The notes under the pieces: generated by a model
The model's database searches: none
Told to the model about the DNA's origin: nothing
What the model saw: only the letters and a program-made list of their open reading frames with translations
Program-made: the position numbers and the translations under genes
NCBI RefSeq assembly: GCF_048593235.1
Contig: NC_133623.1
Span: 43,702,211-43,766,210, forward strand
Reading direction: 5' to 3'
Source of the DNA: Sminthopsis crassicaudata
Taxonomy: Eukaryota
DNA length: 64,000 nucleotides
In this document: piece after piece, positions 40,261 through 52,400 of the stretch
How positions within the stretch are numbered: the stretch's first letter is position 1
Layout: each line of letters opens with the position of its first letter

Positions 40261-41265
40261 ATGGTCTCATTCTTTTCCGTAGAGTAGGAGGCAAGATCAT
40301 CTGCTGGAAGTGAGGGGGTGGGAAGGAGAGGGACTTGGGGGCTTGAGAAGAGAGAAGAAGGTCTGGAATAGCATTGTGGGGAAGACACAAGAGACAATCA
40401 TGGATTGCTGAGCAGTGGTGAGGGCCAAGTTGAAGTTTGACAGCATGGATATGTATTGGGCCAATTCTGGAAGGTTCTACAGGGGCCAAAATGTGTAATG
40501 GGCCAAACCTGCAGTTCCATATAAGGTTTTCTTCAACATAAGCAAGAAAATGTATCTGGAAAGGATTGTCTTGCAGCTTGTTCTAAAAAAAATTGTGTTT
40601 AAGTGTTGGGCTTGGGGGGGGGGGGTTTGCAGCCCTGTTACCATACATTAAACACCTCCAGAGGAACTGTTTTAGCACATATTGCAAATTGCCTTGGAAA
40701 GAATCTGACCAGACAGGTTGAGGTTCTGTTGCTTATGTGGTGTTTTGCTAGGGTAATCAGCCAGATTCCACTGCTTGTCCTGGGCCCACTCCCCTAGCGC
40801 ATGAGCCCTAAGGCTGCCTGTTCACCAACTCATCCCTTGCAGGTGGTTTTTCCTTACATCACTCCGCAACCCCAGTGGATTTAAGTAATGTCCTTTCCAG
40901 ATGTCCAGATGTCTTTTGGGGGGTGGGAGGGATGAAGGAATGATTATGGAAATAGAGAGCCTGTTGATGGGAAAAGAGAGAAAAATAAAATGAGATTAGT
41001 AGTTAGAGTGGACGTTACTTGACTATAGTTTTTTTTGGAAGGAACAAAAGTGAGCAAATTGTTTAGGGACTAATGATTAGAAAGGACAGGCGTCAATTAG
41101 TCCTTCCACAAACATGGGCCCTGTAGTCTGTTAGAGGTGTTTCAGTGACAAAGATGGTGAATGAAATAATTCCTGCTCATACCACTTCTATTCTAATGGA
41201 AGAGTTATGGCACTGTGTTACAATCCTGAAAATAGTTACTTTCTTCATTAAAAGATTATACTAAG

Positions 41266-41410
41266 GGGCAGCTGAGTGGTACAGTAGATAGGATACTGGC
41301 CCTGGAGTCAGGATCTGAGTTCAAATCTAATCTCAAACACTTAATACTAGCTGTGTGACCCTGGGCAAGTCACTTAACCCCATTTGCCTTGCCCCTTCCC
41401 CCCAGAAAAA
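41266..41410 (+). mobile_element. WSINE1-like SINE
   Basis: ggggcagctgagtggtacag head. Degenerate flanking repeat aaaagattatactaag / aaaaggttctgctaag. Confidence 0.8.
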
Positions 41411-41899
41411 AAGGTTCTGCTAAGTTTTAGAATTTAGCTTCAGAAAAGAGCAAATATTTTGGCCAAAGGGACAATCTTAAGGAAGCTTACATAAAAGCCT
41501 TTTACTTCTGCTCTCATTGTACTTTAATAGCTCTTGAAATGCAATCTTCTGCAATCAGAAGCTGTTACTTAAATAATTTGGTGAGCTTTTCTACAAGCTT
41601 AAAATGGATGTGTATGTTCTTTTATACACTTTAATGGCCAGAGATAGAGGAAACAATCTCCATTTTATATAATCACAGGAGGCCTTAAAAATAAAAGAGA
41701 CATTGGATCTCTGTATGTCCACCAGCAGCCCCCATTGCGTGCCTCTTATGCCTATCAAAAATAGGTCTCTCTCAAGATGTCAAAGCATTCTTCTCCAATC
41801 AGACCTTTAATGCATTATGAAAGTGAGTAATTAAAGCTGCCTTAGGCATCTTCTAGTTGCTTATCTCAACCAAATTTAGACTCCATAAGTCTCCAAAGG

Positions 41900-42960
41900 T
41901 AAGACTTTAGTCCTAGAAAGTAACCTGGGCATACCTCTTAGTAGAGAGGGGTGGGGATGAACATCATTTGCTCTAGGGACAGTGAGCAGAATAGTTTGGA
42001 AGGAGTGCATGAATTTAGGGAAGCAGTGGGAAAAGTTAATCGGGCCTTGGGGACTAGGCAAAGTAAGTCAGACTTGATGTGGTAAAAGAGTTAGGCTCTT
42101 GAGCAAGGGAGTGACATGCTGAAAGTGGCTTAAGGAGTAGTCCACAGTGAGTATTGTGCAGGGTATATTGGATTTAGTAAAACTGGAACTAAGGACAACA
42201 GTAATCTAGGCATGAGGTCTAGAGAGTAAGGGGTGGCAGTGGAAATGAAAAATAAAAAGGCGAATTCAGAAGAATAAAGAAATGAGAGAGAACTTTGGAA
42301 CAAAACAAAAGGAGCAGTTAAATTATCTAGACTAGGATACTGGGGAAATGACACTATCAGAAAGAGAAAGGGGATTTTGAGAAGGGGAACTGCTTTCTGG
42401 AAGACTGGCTTTCACTGGGGATGTGTTGGGATTTAAGGTGATGCCATGACACCAAGCAGAAGTGCAAGGTAGGCAAGTGGAAGGTAGGAGACTAGAAACA
42501 TTTAGGAAAGTTGATGGAAATTGCTGGATGAAGTGAGGAGATCACAAAGGGATAGAGAATAAATGACCAAGAACAATAGTGGGTGGGAGGAGAAATGGGA
42601 ACAAAAGGGACAGAAAAAGCAATTAAATGAGTAAGGTACAGATGGTATCATGGAAACTCAGGGAAGAGAGATTTTCTTTTTTTAACTCCTTTTTTTTTTT
42701 TTTTTTTTCCCCTGAGCCTGGGGGTAAGTGACTTGCCCAGGGTCACACAGCTAGGAAGTGTTAAGTGTCTGAGACCAGATTTGAGCTCGGGTCCTCCTGA
42801 ATTCAAGGCTGGTGCTCTATCCACTGCGCCACCTAGCTGCCCCAGAAGAGAGATTTTTCGAGGGGATAATCAGTTTCAAGTGCAGCAAGAAGGTGGATGA
42901 TGAGGACTGAAGGAAAGGCCATGGGATTTGACAGGAAGGGGATCAATGGCCACCTTTATG
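41900..42960 (-). mobile_element. L2 LINE fragment (antisense), interrupted by a young SINE
   Basis: Purine-rich antisense L2 motifs continue on both sides of the 42676-42844 insertion. Confidence 0.65.
42676..42844 (-). mobile_element. Young WSINE1-type SINE with perfect 13-bp target-site duplication
   Basis: gaagagagatttt at 42663-42675 and 42845-42857. Retains CpGs (ctgcgcc, gctcggg). Long poly(A) tail. Confidence 0.93.
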
Positions 42961-44310
42961 GATTTTTAAAATAGAACAGTGGAGATGGAAGAGTAATTTC
43001 ACCTCTCAGATCTTCACTTTCTACATCTCTTAAACAGCAGAAATACCCAACCAACGTTAGAGCTTTTAGAAAGGATTTTGGCTATCTAGTTCAATACTGT
43101 TATTTTATAAATGAGGAAACAGAGGCTCAGAGAGGTTGCCTGCTTACCTTAAAGAAAGAGTTCTTAACCTATTGTGGAGCATAGAGGATGGAAAAAAATA
43201 CATCTTGATTTTCACTAACTTCTAATTGAAATTTAACATTTGTTTCAATGATCTAAAAATTGTTTTTTTGTTGTTTTTTTTTCTGAGAAGTGCTCCATAG
43301 ACATAACTTGACTACCAAAGGTATGACCCAAAAAAAGGTTAAAAACTCCTACCTTAGACAGTTATTGTACAGATCAAATGAAAGGGATGTTGCAGAATGG
43401 AATCTCTGCATTAGGTGGGAGTTAAATTCCAACTCTAGGTTCTGGGATGAAAGAAGATATGAAAGTACTTTAAAAAATTTAAAGCATCATATGTGTGTGC
43501 CTGTGTGCGGACCCCCACATTGTACTGTCTCCACATTGTACTCTTAGAGATTGATATCAGTGCCCTACTAACAATCTGTCCAGACTCATTTTGACTCAGC
43601 AGAGAAAATCTGCAATTTGAAAACAAGGAACACAAGGAAAATCTGAGCAATCCCTTCCCAGTATTAGGTTATGACATAGCTCTTATTTTTCACCTCGCTT
43701 TATTATACATGACTATGTATTATCTGTGTGTGTGTGTGTCTTTTCCTCCCAGTAACAGTATGCTCCATGAGGACAGGGACTGTATCTTCTCTGAACCTCT
43801 GTTCTCAGCCCATTTGGTAGATAATAAATATTTCTTATTCTAAGCTCCTTGAGGGCAGGGACTGTCCTTTACTTCTTTTTGTATCCACAGTGCTCAGCAC
43901 AATGCCTGACACATAGTAGTTGCCTAATAAATGTTTACTGATGATCTTCTAAATATCCTCTTCCTTATTTTCCCTTTCTGAACTGTCCCCGCTTCTTTTT
44001 GGTTTCTAGTAAATATCACTGTTTTAGCCATTTAACTGATAGCTTTTGCTAGAGCTAAAACCCAAACTGAAAGAAGTATTATCCAACATTGAAATACCTC
44101 AAGATTTTAAAGGGGGTATCCAGACATGCTAAGTAAGCAGAGTATGTTTGAGTTTTAAATGGAAATCTCTTTTGCAAGTTTACCCTGGAAGCTTAATGAT
44201 TGGGGCAAGGCACAAGAAGGGTGGGATACCCTGTCCAAAGCAGGTCTGGCAAGTTCCTGTGATGCCAGGTTGCTAGGTAACCCTAAAACACAGCTGTGAG
44301 TTTTCCAAGT

Positions 44311-44374
44311 TGCTATGTCATCACTATTCTCTGCCTCTACTCTGCTATGTCATCACTATTTTCTGCCTCTACTC
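44311..44374. repeat. Tandem duplication, 2 x 32 nt with 1 mismatch
   Basis: tgctatgtcatcactatt(c/t)tctgcctctactc occurs twice. Confidence 0.95.
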
Positions 44375-44649
44375 TTCTTTCCTGTTCTAGAAAAGGACAA
44401 ATAGTATAGGTTACCCTGCAGGGTCCTGGAGAAGTATACATTTAGCTGGAAGAAAGTTTCTGAGGACTGAAAGGAAGCTGAGAGATCACTTAGTTCAATC
44501 TATTCCTTTTTTAAAATGAGGAAACTGCAGACCCGAGGCTTTAAGTGACTTGCTCAAGATTTCACATGTGTTAAACAGTCAAGTAATTGAACTCAGGTCC
44601 TCTGCCTCCAAATCTAGTATTGTTTTCTTTATTATTTTATTCCTAGCTT

Positions 44650-45090
44650 AGCCCTCTCCTTCTTTTACAGTTTTCTCATCTTCCTTCCTTCCAAGTACTC
44701 TTTGACCTAGTGAATCTGGCCTTCTCTCTGTTCCAAAATAGAGTCCTCCATCTCTCAGCCCCACATATTTTCTCCAGTTGCCTCCATGCCTAGAACACTT
44801 TCCCTCTTCATCTCTATCCACTGGCTTCCTCAAACCCCCAACAAAATCTAATTTTCTACTAGAAGCCTTTCCTAATCTGTTTTAATTCCAATGCCTTCTC
44901 TCTATTAATTATTTGCCAGTTATCCTGCATATAGTTTGTTTGAACATATTTGTTTGTGTGGTATCTTCCCCATTAGATTGAGAGTTTCTTGAGGACATGG
45001 ACTGTCTCTTGCCTCTTTTTGTATCTCTGATGCTTAGCACTGCCTGACACATAGTAGGCGCTTAGTAAATGTTTATTGACTGACTGATTT
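44650..45090 (+). mobile_element. L2 LINE 3' end
   Basis: cccattagattgagagtttcttgaggacatggactg...cacatagtaggcgcttagtaaatgtttattgactgactga. Confidence 0.85.
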
Positions 45091-45204
45091 TCACTATACA
45101 GAATGTCCTAAAAGTCTTAGTATAGTTTAAACCTACCAAAGATTTGGTATACTTTGTGTAATACTCCCACTAAACAAGATACTTTTTTTTTTTTTTTTTT
45201 TTAA

Positions 45205-46450
45205 ACAAGGTTGCTATTTGTAGAGGAGGGGAATGCTGTAGACATGATTTAATGAAGTTTTAGCAAGGTGTTTGACAAAATCTCATGTTCTTCTTGTGGA
45301 TAAGCTGAAAAGATGGGGCTAAATAGTAGTTTAGTACCATTAAGTGGATTCAGAACTGGTTTAGTGGCCAAACCAAAAGAGTAAATTAACAGGGTGGTGT
45401 CACCTTGGAAGGAAGTCCCCCAGGAGTCTGTGTTTATCGTCTAAGAGTCTGTGCTCTTACTCCAGGAATCTACTTGGTCCTCGGCTATTGAATATTAGAC
45501 TAAGTTTTATTAAATGTGTAGGTGACATAAAGGTAGGAGGGCTAGCTAATGCCTAGTTAAGGGAGTCTTAGTTTGGGAAAAAAAAACTACATATTTATTT
45601 TCATTAATCTCTAACATAAAGCATGTCTTTCAATTATGCAAAGGCAGTATTCCAATAGAATCCAGAGGCTTTCCCAGGATGCCAAAAGGGGTCCAGGACA
45701 CACAACAAAAGTTATGGATTCCTGCTTCAGCTAATAGATTTCCATATACTAGACTTATAAGGACAAATTTAATAGGGTGAGATGTAAAATGTTAGTACCT
45801 GAATTGAAAAAATCATTTTCCAATACAAGACGAGGGAAGTCCGACTAGAGTAGTTTAACGGGCAGCAGAAGTTTGCCTCAAAGACATAAGGTTTGTAGAG
45901 GATTGAGAACTCAATGGGAACCAACACAATAGTGCAGACTGCAAAAAAACCAAATGGAAACTCATTGAGAAAGGCCTAATAATTAGTGTCTGGGACCGAG
46001 AGGGAGAGAAAGGATTTCCCTTGTCCATTGCCCAGGTCAGATCACCTCGGTCCTATTTTGTTCGGTTCTGGGCTCCACGCTTTGGTGACCACCCTAAGAA
46101 GCTGGAGAGCCTCTCAAGAGGAGAGACCGGGAAGCTGAGCCTCAAGAATCATGGCGCAGGAGGATCAATTGAAGCAACTTGAAGAAGGGGGAAAACCCCG
46201 ATCTCTTGTCTTCAAGTATGTGAAGAGCTGTCATTTGGAAGAGGGATTAGGCTTGTTTCTGCTTGGCCCCAGAGGGCAGAACTCAGAGCAAAGGGTGGCA
46301 GTTACAAAGAAGCAGGTTGAGACTTGATGTAAGGGAGAATGTCCTAGCAATTAGAGCTATCCTAAAGTAGTCCAAGCTTCCTAGAGAGACAAAGGATTCC
46401 CCCTTTGCTGGATGTTGTCAAGAAAAGACTGGATGATTGCTTGAATTACA
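45205..46450 (+). mobile_element. L3/CR1 LINE RT-to-3' fragment with nested hAT MITE
   Basis: gatttt...agcaaggtgtttgacaaaatctcat (DFSKAFDKV-like), gtggattcagaactgg, ccccaggagtctgtg motifs. Confidence 0.8.
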
Positions 46451-49400
46451 AATCATAAGAGCCTAGGTCTAGGGCTGCAAGGGATCTCAGGGGCCATCTG
46501 ATACTCTCCCTCATTTTTACAGAGAAGGAAACTGAGACCCAGGGAAGTAAAACGATTTACACACTATACAAACTCACATACATTTCTTCAGAGTTAGAAT
46601 TTAAACTCAGGTACTATGACTTCACCACTACAGTGTTCATTTCACTGTATCCCACAGCTTCCCAGTTGTTGAGGTACCTCTGGAGTCCCTTCCACTTTTG
46701 AAATTCCGTGAGTTTAGCCGAATAAGAAGTCTATTTAACTCTGGGCTAGCAGAAGGGTTCTATCGTACTTCTTCCTGACTATGTCCTTCTCCTGGACCCA
46801 AAGAGCCATTGGCCAGTCTTCCAAATGTATTTCAGTTCTTTCACCTCAGATATTTACTAAGAGTAGCTGCTTTCTGTCGGCTGTTTGCCCTTCTGAGTTG
46901 CTTGTCCATATCAATAGTTTGGCACTTCACATTTGTTATCCTGTATTATCATGTCTCCCCAACTAGATTGCAAGCCCCTTGGGAATCTGCATCTCGTGAA
47001 AGAGAAAATTATGGAACTCTTTGTATCCACACAATAGCAGTTAGTTTAGAAAGAAAGACAAGAGGGAAAATGCAAGAAATAGAAGAGATACAGCTTCTCC
47101 TCAAAAACATTTAAGATCTAAAGGACTTTTTAATACTGATCTAATTCATATCCCGAGAAGGCAGTAGTCTGCTAATTTCTACCCTCTGGCCCCAAACAAC
47201 ATAGATTGATTGAACAGTCCACTAGACATTTCTCTCCAATGTAAATGAACAATCTACTTTGGCAGTCTAGACACTGTGATCTGGGGGTGGTGTTTTGGTA
47301 TTAGTGTACTTGCCAATGACTGCGATATATCATATATAATATGTGATACATGATAGGGCCCACAGAGCCAAACAAGTGACTCTACGAATGAGTTATTGGC
47401 CTTCTGGATAGAAAAGGTGTTGGTTCAAGTCCAAACACAGCACTGAATTTTCCTGCTTTTAAGCAGCAAGGAAAATGAGGGCCAAGGTGACCACAATCCC
47501 GTCCTGGCCGCTGCATCTGCATTTTCCAAGAAATCTTTTCAAAAGAGAACCCTTGTCAGTTTTCTCCAAAAAAAGGGTTGGGAGAGGAGGGCAGCAGGGG
47601 GATAGAAACTGTGGCCAGGTAAAAGGTATCCTCGCCTCCGACAGACTTAGTAAGGTTGGGCTGGATGGTTTCTCCCACATCCCTTCCAATTCTGAGATTC
47701 TGTGGTGTGGTGATGTTGTGTTCCTCTTCAGTTAGTCATGTATACATTCAGTTATCTCTTCTACCACCCAAAGCCCAGTAAAACATTCAGTCTTCAAGGG
47801 ACCAGTTTTAATCTTATCTTTGTATCTCCAGTGCCTTGCATATGGTAGGCATTTAATCCATGCTGGTTGGATCGGATTGGATTCTGTTCAAAAGCAGTAG
47901 ATGTGAGCTGAAGAGTTCATAAAAACAGTACTAGAAGATGAAAATGCAGAAGGGAACTAACTGAGCTGGCAGTGCCAACTAGGGAGGGGGCTACTTCAGG
48001 AGCAGCTGGAAAGAATGAAAATTAGCCAGTCGGGAGGGCTAGACAACAAGGTGAGAAGGAAACCAGGAATAGGAGCCCCGTGGATACAAAGCCCTTACAT
48101 TGGCACACTCTCTAGGCCAAGGTACCCTGCAAGCCAAGTGAAACCAGGCTTACGCCGGCCACCTTGAGGCAGAGATGAATGGAGGCCGGGATGGGGAAGA
48201 CATTAGGATTTGCTGTCCTTTCCTTCTACCTTCCAAGCTATGGGCCCAGCATCTCTGGCCCAAAGGAAGATATATTATCTGCTGAAGAAAACAAGAGCTT
48301 CTTTGTGCTGAAGGGAGAAGAACTTGTGTCTGCCAACAGCAAAGTGTGCCAACTTCTGCCGTACTGTTTTTGGGTGCTAGAGACTGGTAAGGGGGATGCT
48401 GTCAGAATGGTTTGGTAAAGACAGAACTTGTCTCATCTCTGATGGTAAAGAGAATCTAGTATTTGGTACAAAGAGGGCTTGCAAATAGAAGAGGAGGAAC
48501 TGGGATTATTTGGTCTTCGGGAGTGAGTGCTACACGCACATTAATCAGACCCCTGACACTGCTGGAAAGGGCTGGTTTTCTGTTTCACAAACACAATCCC
48601 AAAGAGGGCAAAGCCCTAAAAAGGTCAAGAAACTTCTTCCCCAGAGACTATCGATCAGCATTTGTCTAAGGAATCTGGTCCCTCTGGACATGATTCAAGT
48701 TCTCAAGGGATCACGTGGCGAGGCTGCCACAACTGGCTGGTTTTTGTTATGATTATTTGTATTCATGGTACAAAGCAGCAGGACCTAAGCACTGAGAGAG
48801 ACAGAGAGAGATTGACTGGCTGGCTACTCGGGCCAGGCCTCAGGGTTGGTGACATGGCATTCCTTGGCAGTGCCACTGTTAGACCCCAGAGTTCATTCTC
48901 TATCTAGTGGACCATTCAACTGATCTGCATTGTTTGGGGCAGAGGGTAGGAATTAGCAGACTACTGAGTTCTTGGGATACGAATCAGAGCAGTATTAAAA
49001 AGTCCTTTAGATCTTAAAAAATTTCAGCTTTGATGATGAGGCTTTGGGGGCAATGTCGATCAATGCTAAAGAAACTCACAAGAGACCAATTTCTTAATCA
49101 GCATTACCTTATGATGGCGATGATGATAGTAAACTTGTCCAGTTTTTGACATATTCGTATCTGCCATCCAGAGTACCGCATCCTTTGGTATCCAGCTTGG
49201 TCCCTGGGGGAATGAATTAACAATTGAAAAGTTGCTGTGGCGAACTTGGGATCAGGGTGAAGGGAATTGGATATTCTGAGGGCTCTATCATCCAGGCTGA
49301 GGGAGAGTTTGAAAAATTATCCCTGCTCCACCATATACTTTCCTAATGACTAGATTATTTATATTGAGATAATGAATTTCCACCTCCACCTCCTGCCCCC

Positions 49401-52400
49401 AACAAGGCTAGATAAACATTGATAAACTCATTCTTTCTGATGCTCCCTTTTCAATGTTCGTCCACAATCATCAAAAGTTTCTGTCATTGCAACACTTTCT
49501 CATGAAGGGCTTGCCCCAGTGTCCAAAATGATAGTTTATTTTAGAATAGTTGCATTTTTAAATGTTTTTTAACAAGATTTTCTGGGACACTAATACCCTT
49601 GCAGAAGCATCACCCCGTATCAGCAATTCATTAAGAGATATTGTCAGCCTCCATTTCAGAGGGGGATGCTTTCTGACTTTTTTACCTAGCGTCCCCCAGC
49701 AGGAAAGTAAACCCCACGAGGACAGGGGCTGGACTTCGTACTTCCTTTGTATTCCCCCACAGTGCTGAGTACAAAGTAAGCAATGCAATAAATATTTGCT
49801 GGATTGATTTACAAGCTATTTTCTCATATGTAGTGTATCCTCAAAGGTTTTCCAGTAGAACATTTGGCTGGGATTAAATACAGATAAAAATGAATTCTGA
49901 AAAAAAACAACTATGTAATGTATGTCAGAGTTCTATTCTCATGATTTCACATTACCTAATTTTTGGATGTCATTTCATTTTGATCCATTACCCTCTTGTC
50001 CTTCAAATACTGCCCTCAAAAACTTATGACCCCAAACATGAATTCCATCCGATTTCTTCAGAGTCAAGATCCTTCTCCTTTATTCTTTTCTCCCTCTCGC
50101 ACCCTTCCTTGATAGTTTCTTCTTTCTGAAAAACCCATTGCTGTGGCTACTCCATGTTACCTTACTTCTGAATGTTTGATCCTTTCACTTCTGTCCTTCT
50201 TATATAATCAACAACTTTGAGTGGATTATGAAAGAGAGGAAATACTACCCCTACCCCAACTAATTCGCTCCTAAAGGAGGGAAGATGGCAGACTATACCT
50301 CTTTCTTACAAATTAAGCTCTGTCTCTGTCTTTCTCTCACACACACAAAAGGCTAGTGGGCTGTCTTGGGAAGTAGTAAGATCCTCTCCACTGAAGATGT
50401 TCTAGTAGGGGTTGGATTGGCATGTATTGCGATGGTACAGGAGATATTTCAAATCAAATTCCAATGGGATTAAATTGTGTTTGTGGCTCCTTCCAATTCC
50501 CAGATGCTGTGATCCTGTCCTGATTTAACTGAATCAAAGACATGAATTGCAAGAAATCGTGCCTTTTGGTGAAGTCGAGGCAAATCAAGAAGCATGTTCC
50601 CTGGCAGAGAAGTAGTAGACTAGAAGTACAGATGAGGCACATATTGCATGTGGCCAGTGCACAGATTAGATTTGGTTAGCAGCTTCTTTGTCACAAGGGA
50701 GGGTTTTGCTGGGGCTGTGGGGTGGAGTTCTGTCTTTGGGACTGAGGGCACTTTTTTTAAAGCCATCTTTTAAAAATTCATCCATTTCCATTTTCACCCA
50801 AATCAATATTTAATCCAATCCAATGGGCAATTTATTAAGGAGCTATTATGTGAGAGGGAGGAGAGAAAGCTGACCTGAAGAGTAGAGAACATCTGCTTCT
50901 GGTACCTGCTTCCTAGATGACCCTGAGCAAGTCACATGAGCAATTAGTGCCCTGAATTGGATAAAAGTTGAAGTTGCCCTATTCTAGGGAGTTTCCTATA
51001 ACAATAAAATCCCAGGTCTATTTCCCCAAATGGGCCCCGCATGGTGCTAGCTAGTATGTGTCTGATGGCAATGTTTAAACTTCCCCTCTTTCTGGACCTT
51101 GATGGGGAGTCCCAGCTTCATCCCCTCAGCGCCCTGTGAAGGCTACCCAATTGCTGCCTTCACAGAGTAGGACTCGGGAAGGCCATCATCATGGTCGAAG
51201 TACCCAGGTACCTCAGTCTCCCTCTAGATCTATCATCTCATCACCAGAGGCACGCTCTCTAACAGTACGGCTAGCAGCTCTTCCCTTGTGTCTGTGACCA
51301 TGGTCACAATAAATCTGACATTTACAAGCTGGGGAGATGGATTCTCACTGAAAGGGACCAGTATGAAATGAGGGTTTTGAGGGTGAGAAAGGAGCATATT
51401 CCCCTTTCCCCTCGCCCCTTTCCCCCTGCACCTGTGGCTGTTTTAAATCTCCACCCTGCCAAGTCTGTTCCTATGTAATCACTGCTGAGGGATTTGGGGG
51501 CTGTTCTCCTCAGCACTTGGCTCCCATCTCTCTGTTCCATAGTGCTGGCAAAGACTGGAGTTAGAGATTGGAAAATGGAAAACATGCTACACTTTGGAGG
51601 CATCATATTCTCTGGGAAAAACCTGAAACCTCCCCTGCTTTATTGTCTATAGATTGCCAAGTCCGGCTTGTTTTCCGAGATGGGGTGGGGGCGAGGGGGA
51701 TGGTCTCTGGAATGCATTCTTAAGGACATGAACAAAACCTAGTGATTTGACCACACAGCATCTAATGGTCAGATACTGTGGGGCTTGGGGTTCGTCGCAT
51801 GGAGGGGATCTGTTGGGTTGGTTTTTCGGTGAGGACGGTCACAGAAGGTCTGAAACCTTTAGTTGCATTGAAAACAACAATGGGACGCAGATCCGGGAAC
51901 CGTGGTTTGAAATCACAGTCCAGGGATGCAATAAACTACAGCAGTGACCTGGCATTTCTGCCCTAGATATTTAGACAAGGCTGTACTGTGTTAAGTTCCT
52001 CCTCACCCCCCAATAAGATAAAGAAAATCTTAATTTTATCTCTGTGCTCTATGCTTCTAATATATTAAATGATCTAACCACATTGGGGTGGAAGTAAAGT
52101 CTAGGAATACACTTCTGTTTAGTTTAGGGGAAATTGTTCATTTTGTTACTGACAAGATTATTTGGTGTGAATGCCCCTGCTTTACAAACCAATAAAAATA
52201 TCCAATGAAAAAGTCTGGGTAATTCAAATTCCATCCCTCTCCTATGCCCAGGCATTTTGAATTAGATTTTGTTGAACATTAAGAGTGACTTTTGCTAATA
52301 ATGATTGGGAAAGAGGTGGATGAATTTGATTACCTAATAATCTAAAGGATAGAGGGCACAATGTAAAGAAATAAGACCACGGCAAAAAGAAATGGAATAG

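Noticed and set aside
49160-49175. 12-nt antisense match (tctggatggcag) to the last PABIR2 exon
   Set aside because: Hundreds of 12-mer matches are expected by chance in a window this size.
50677-50712. TAGCAGC (miR-15/16 seed) with a weak hairpin
   Set aside because: The fold is only ~36 nt with poor pairing, too short for a pre-miRNA.
51293-51308. 16-bp perfect palindrome tgtgaccatggtcaca with nuclear-receptor half-sites
   Set aside because: About one such palindrome is expected per 64 kb, and the half-sites are everted, not an ERE (IR3) arrangement.
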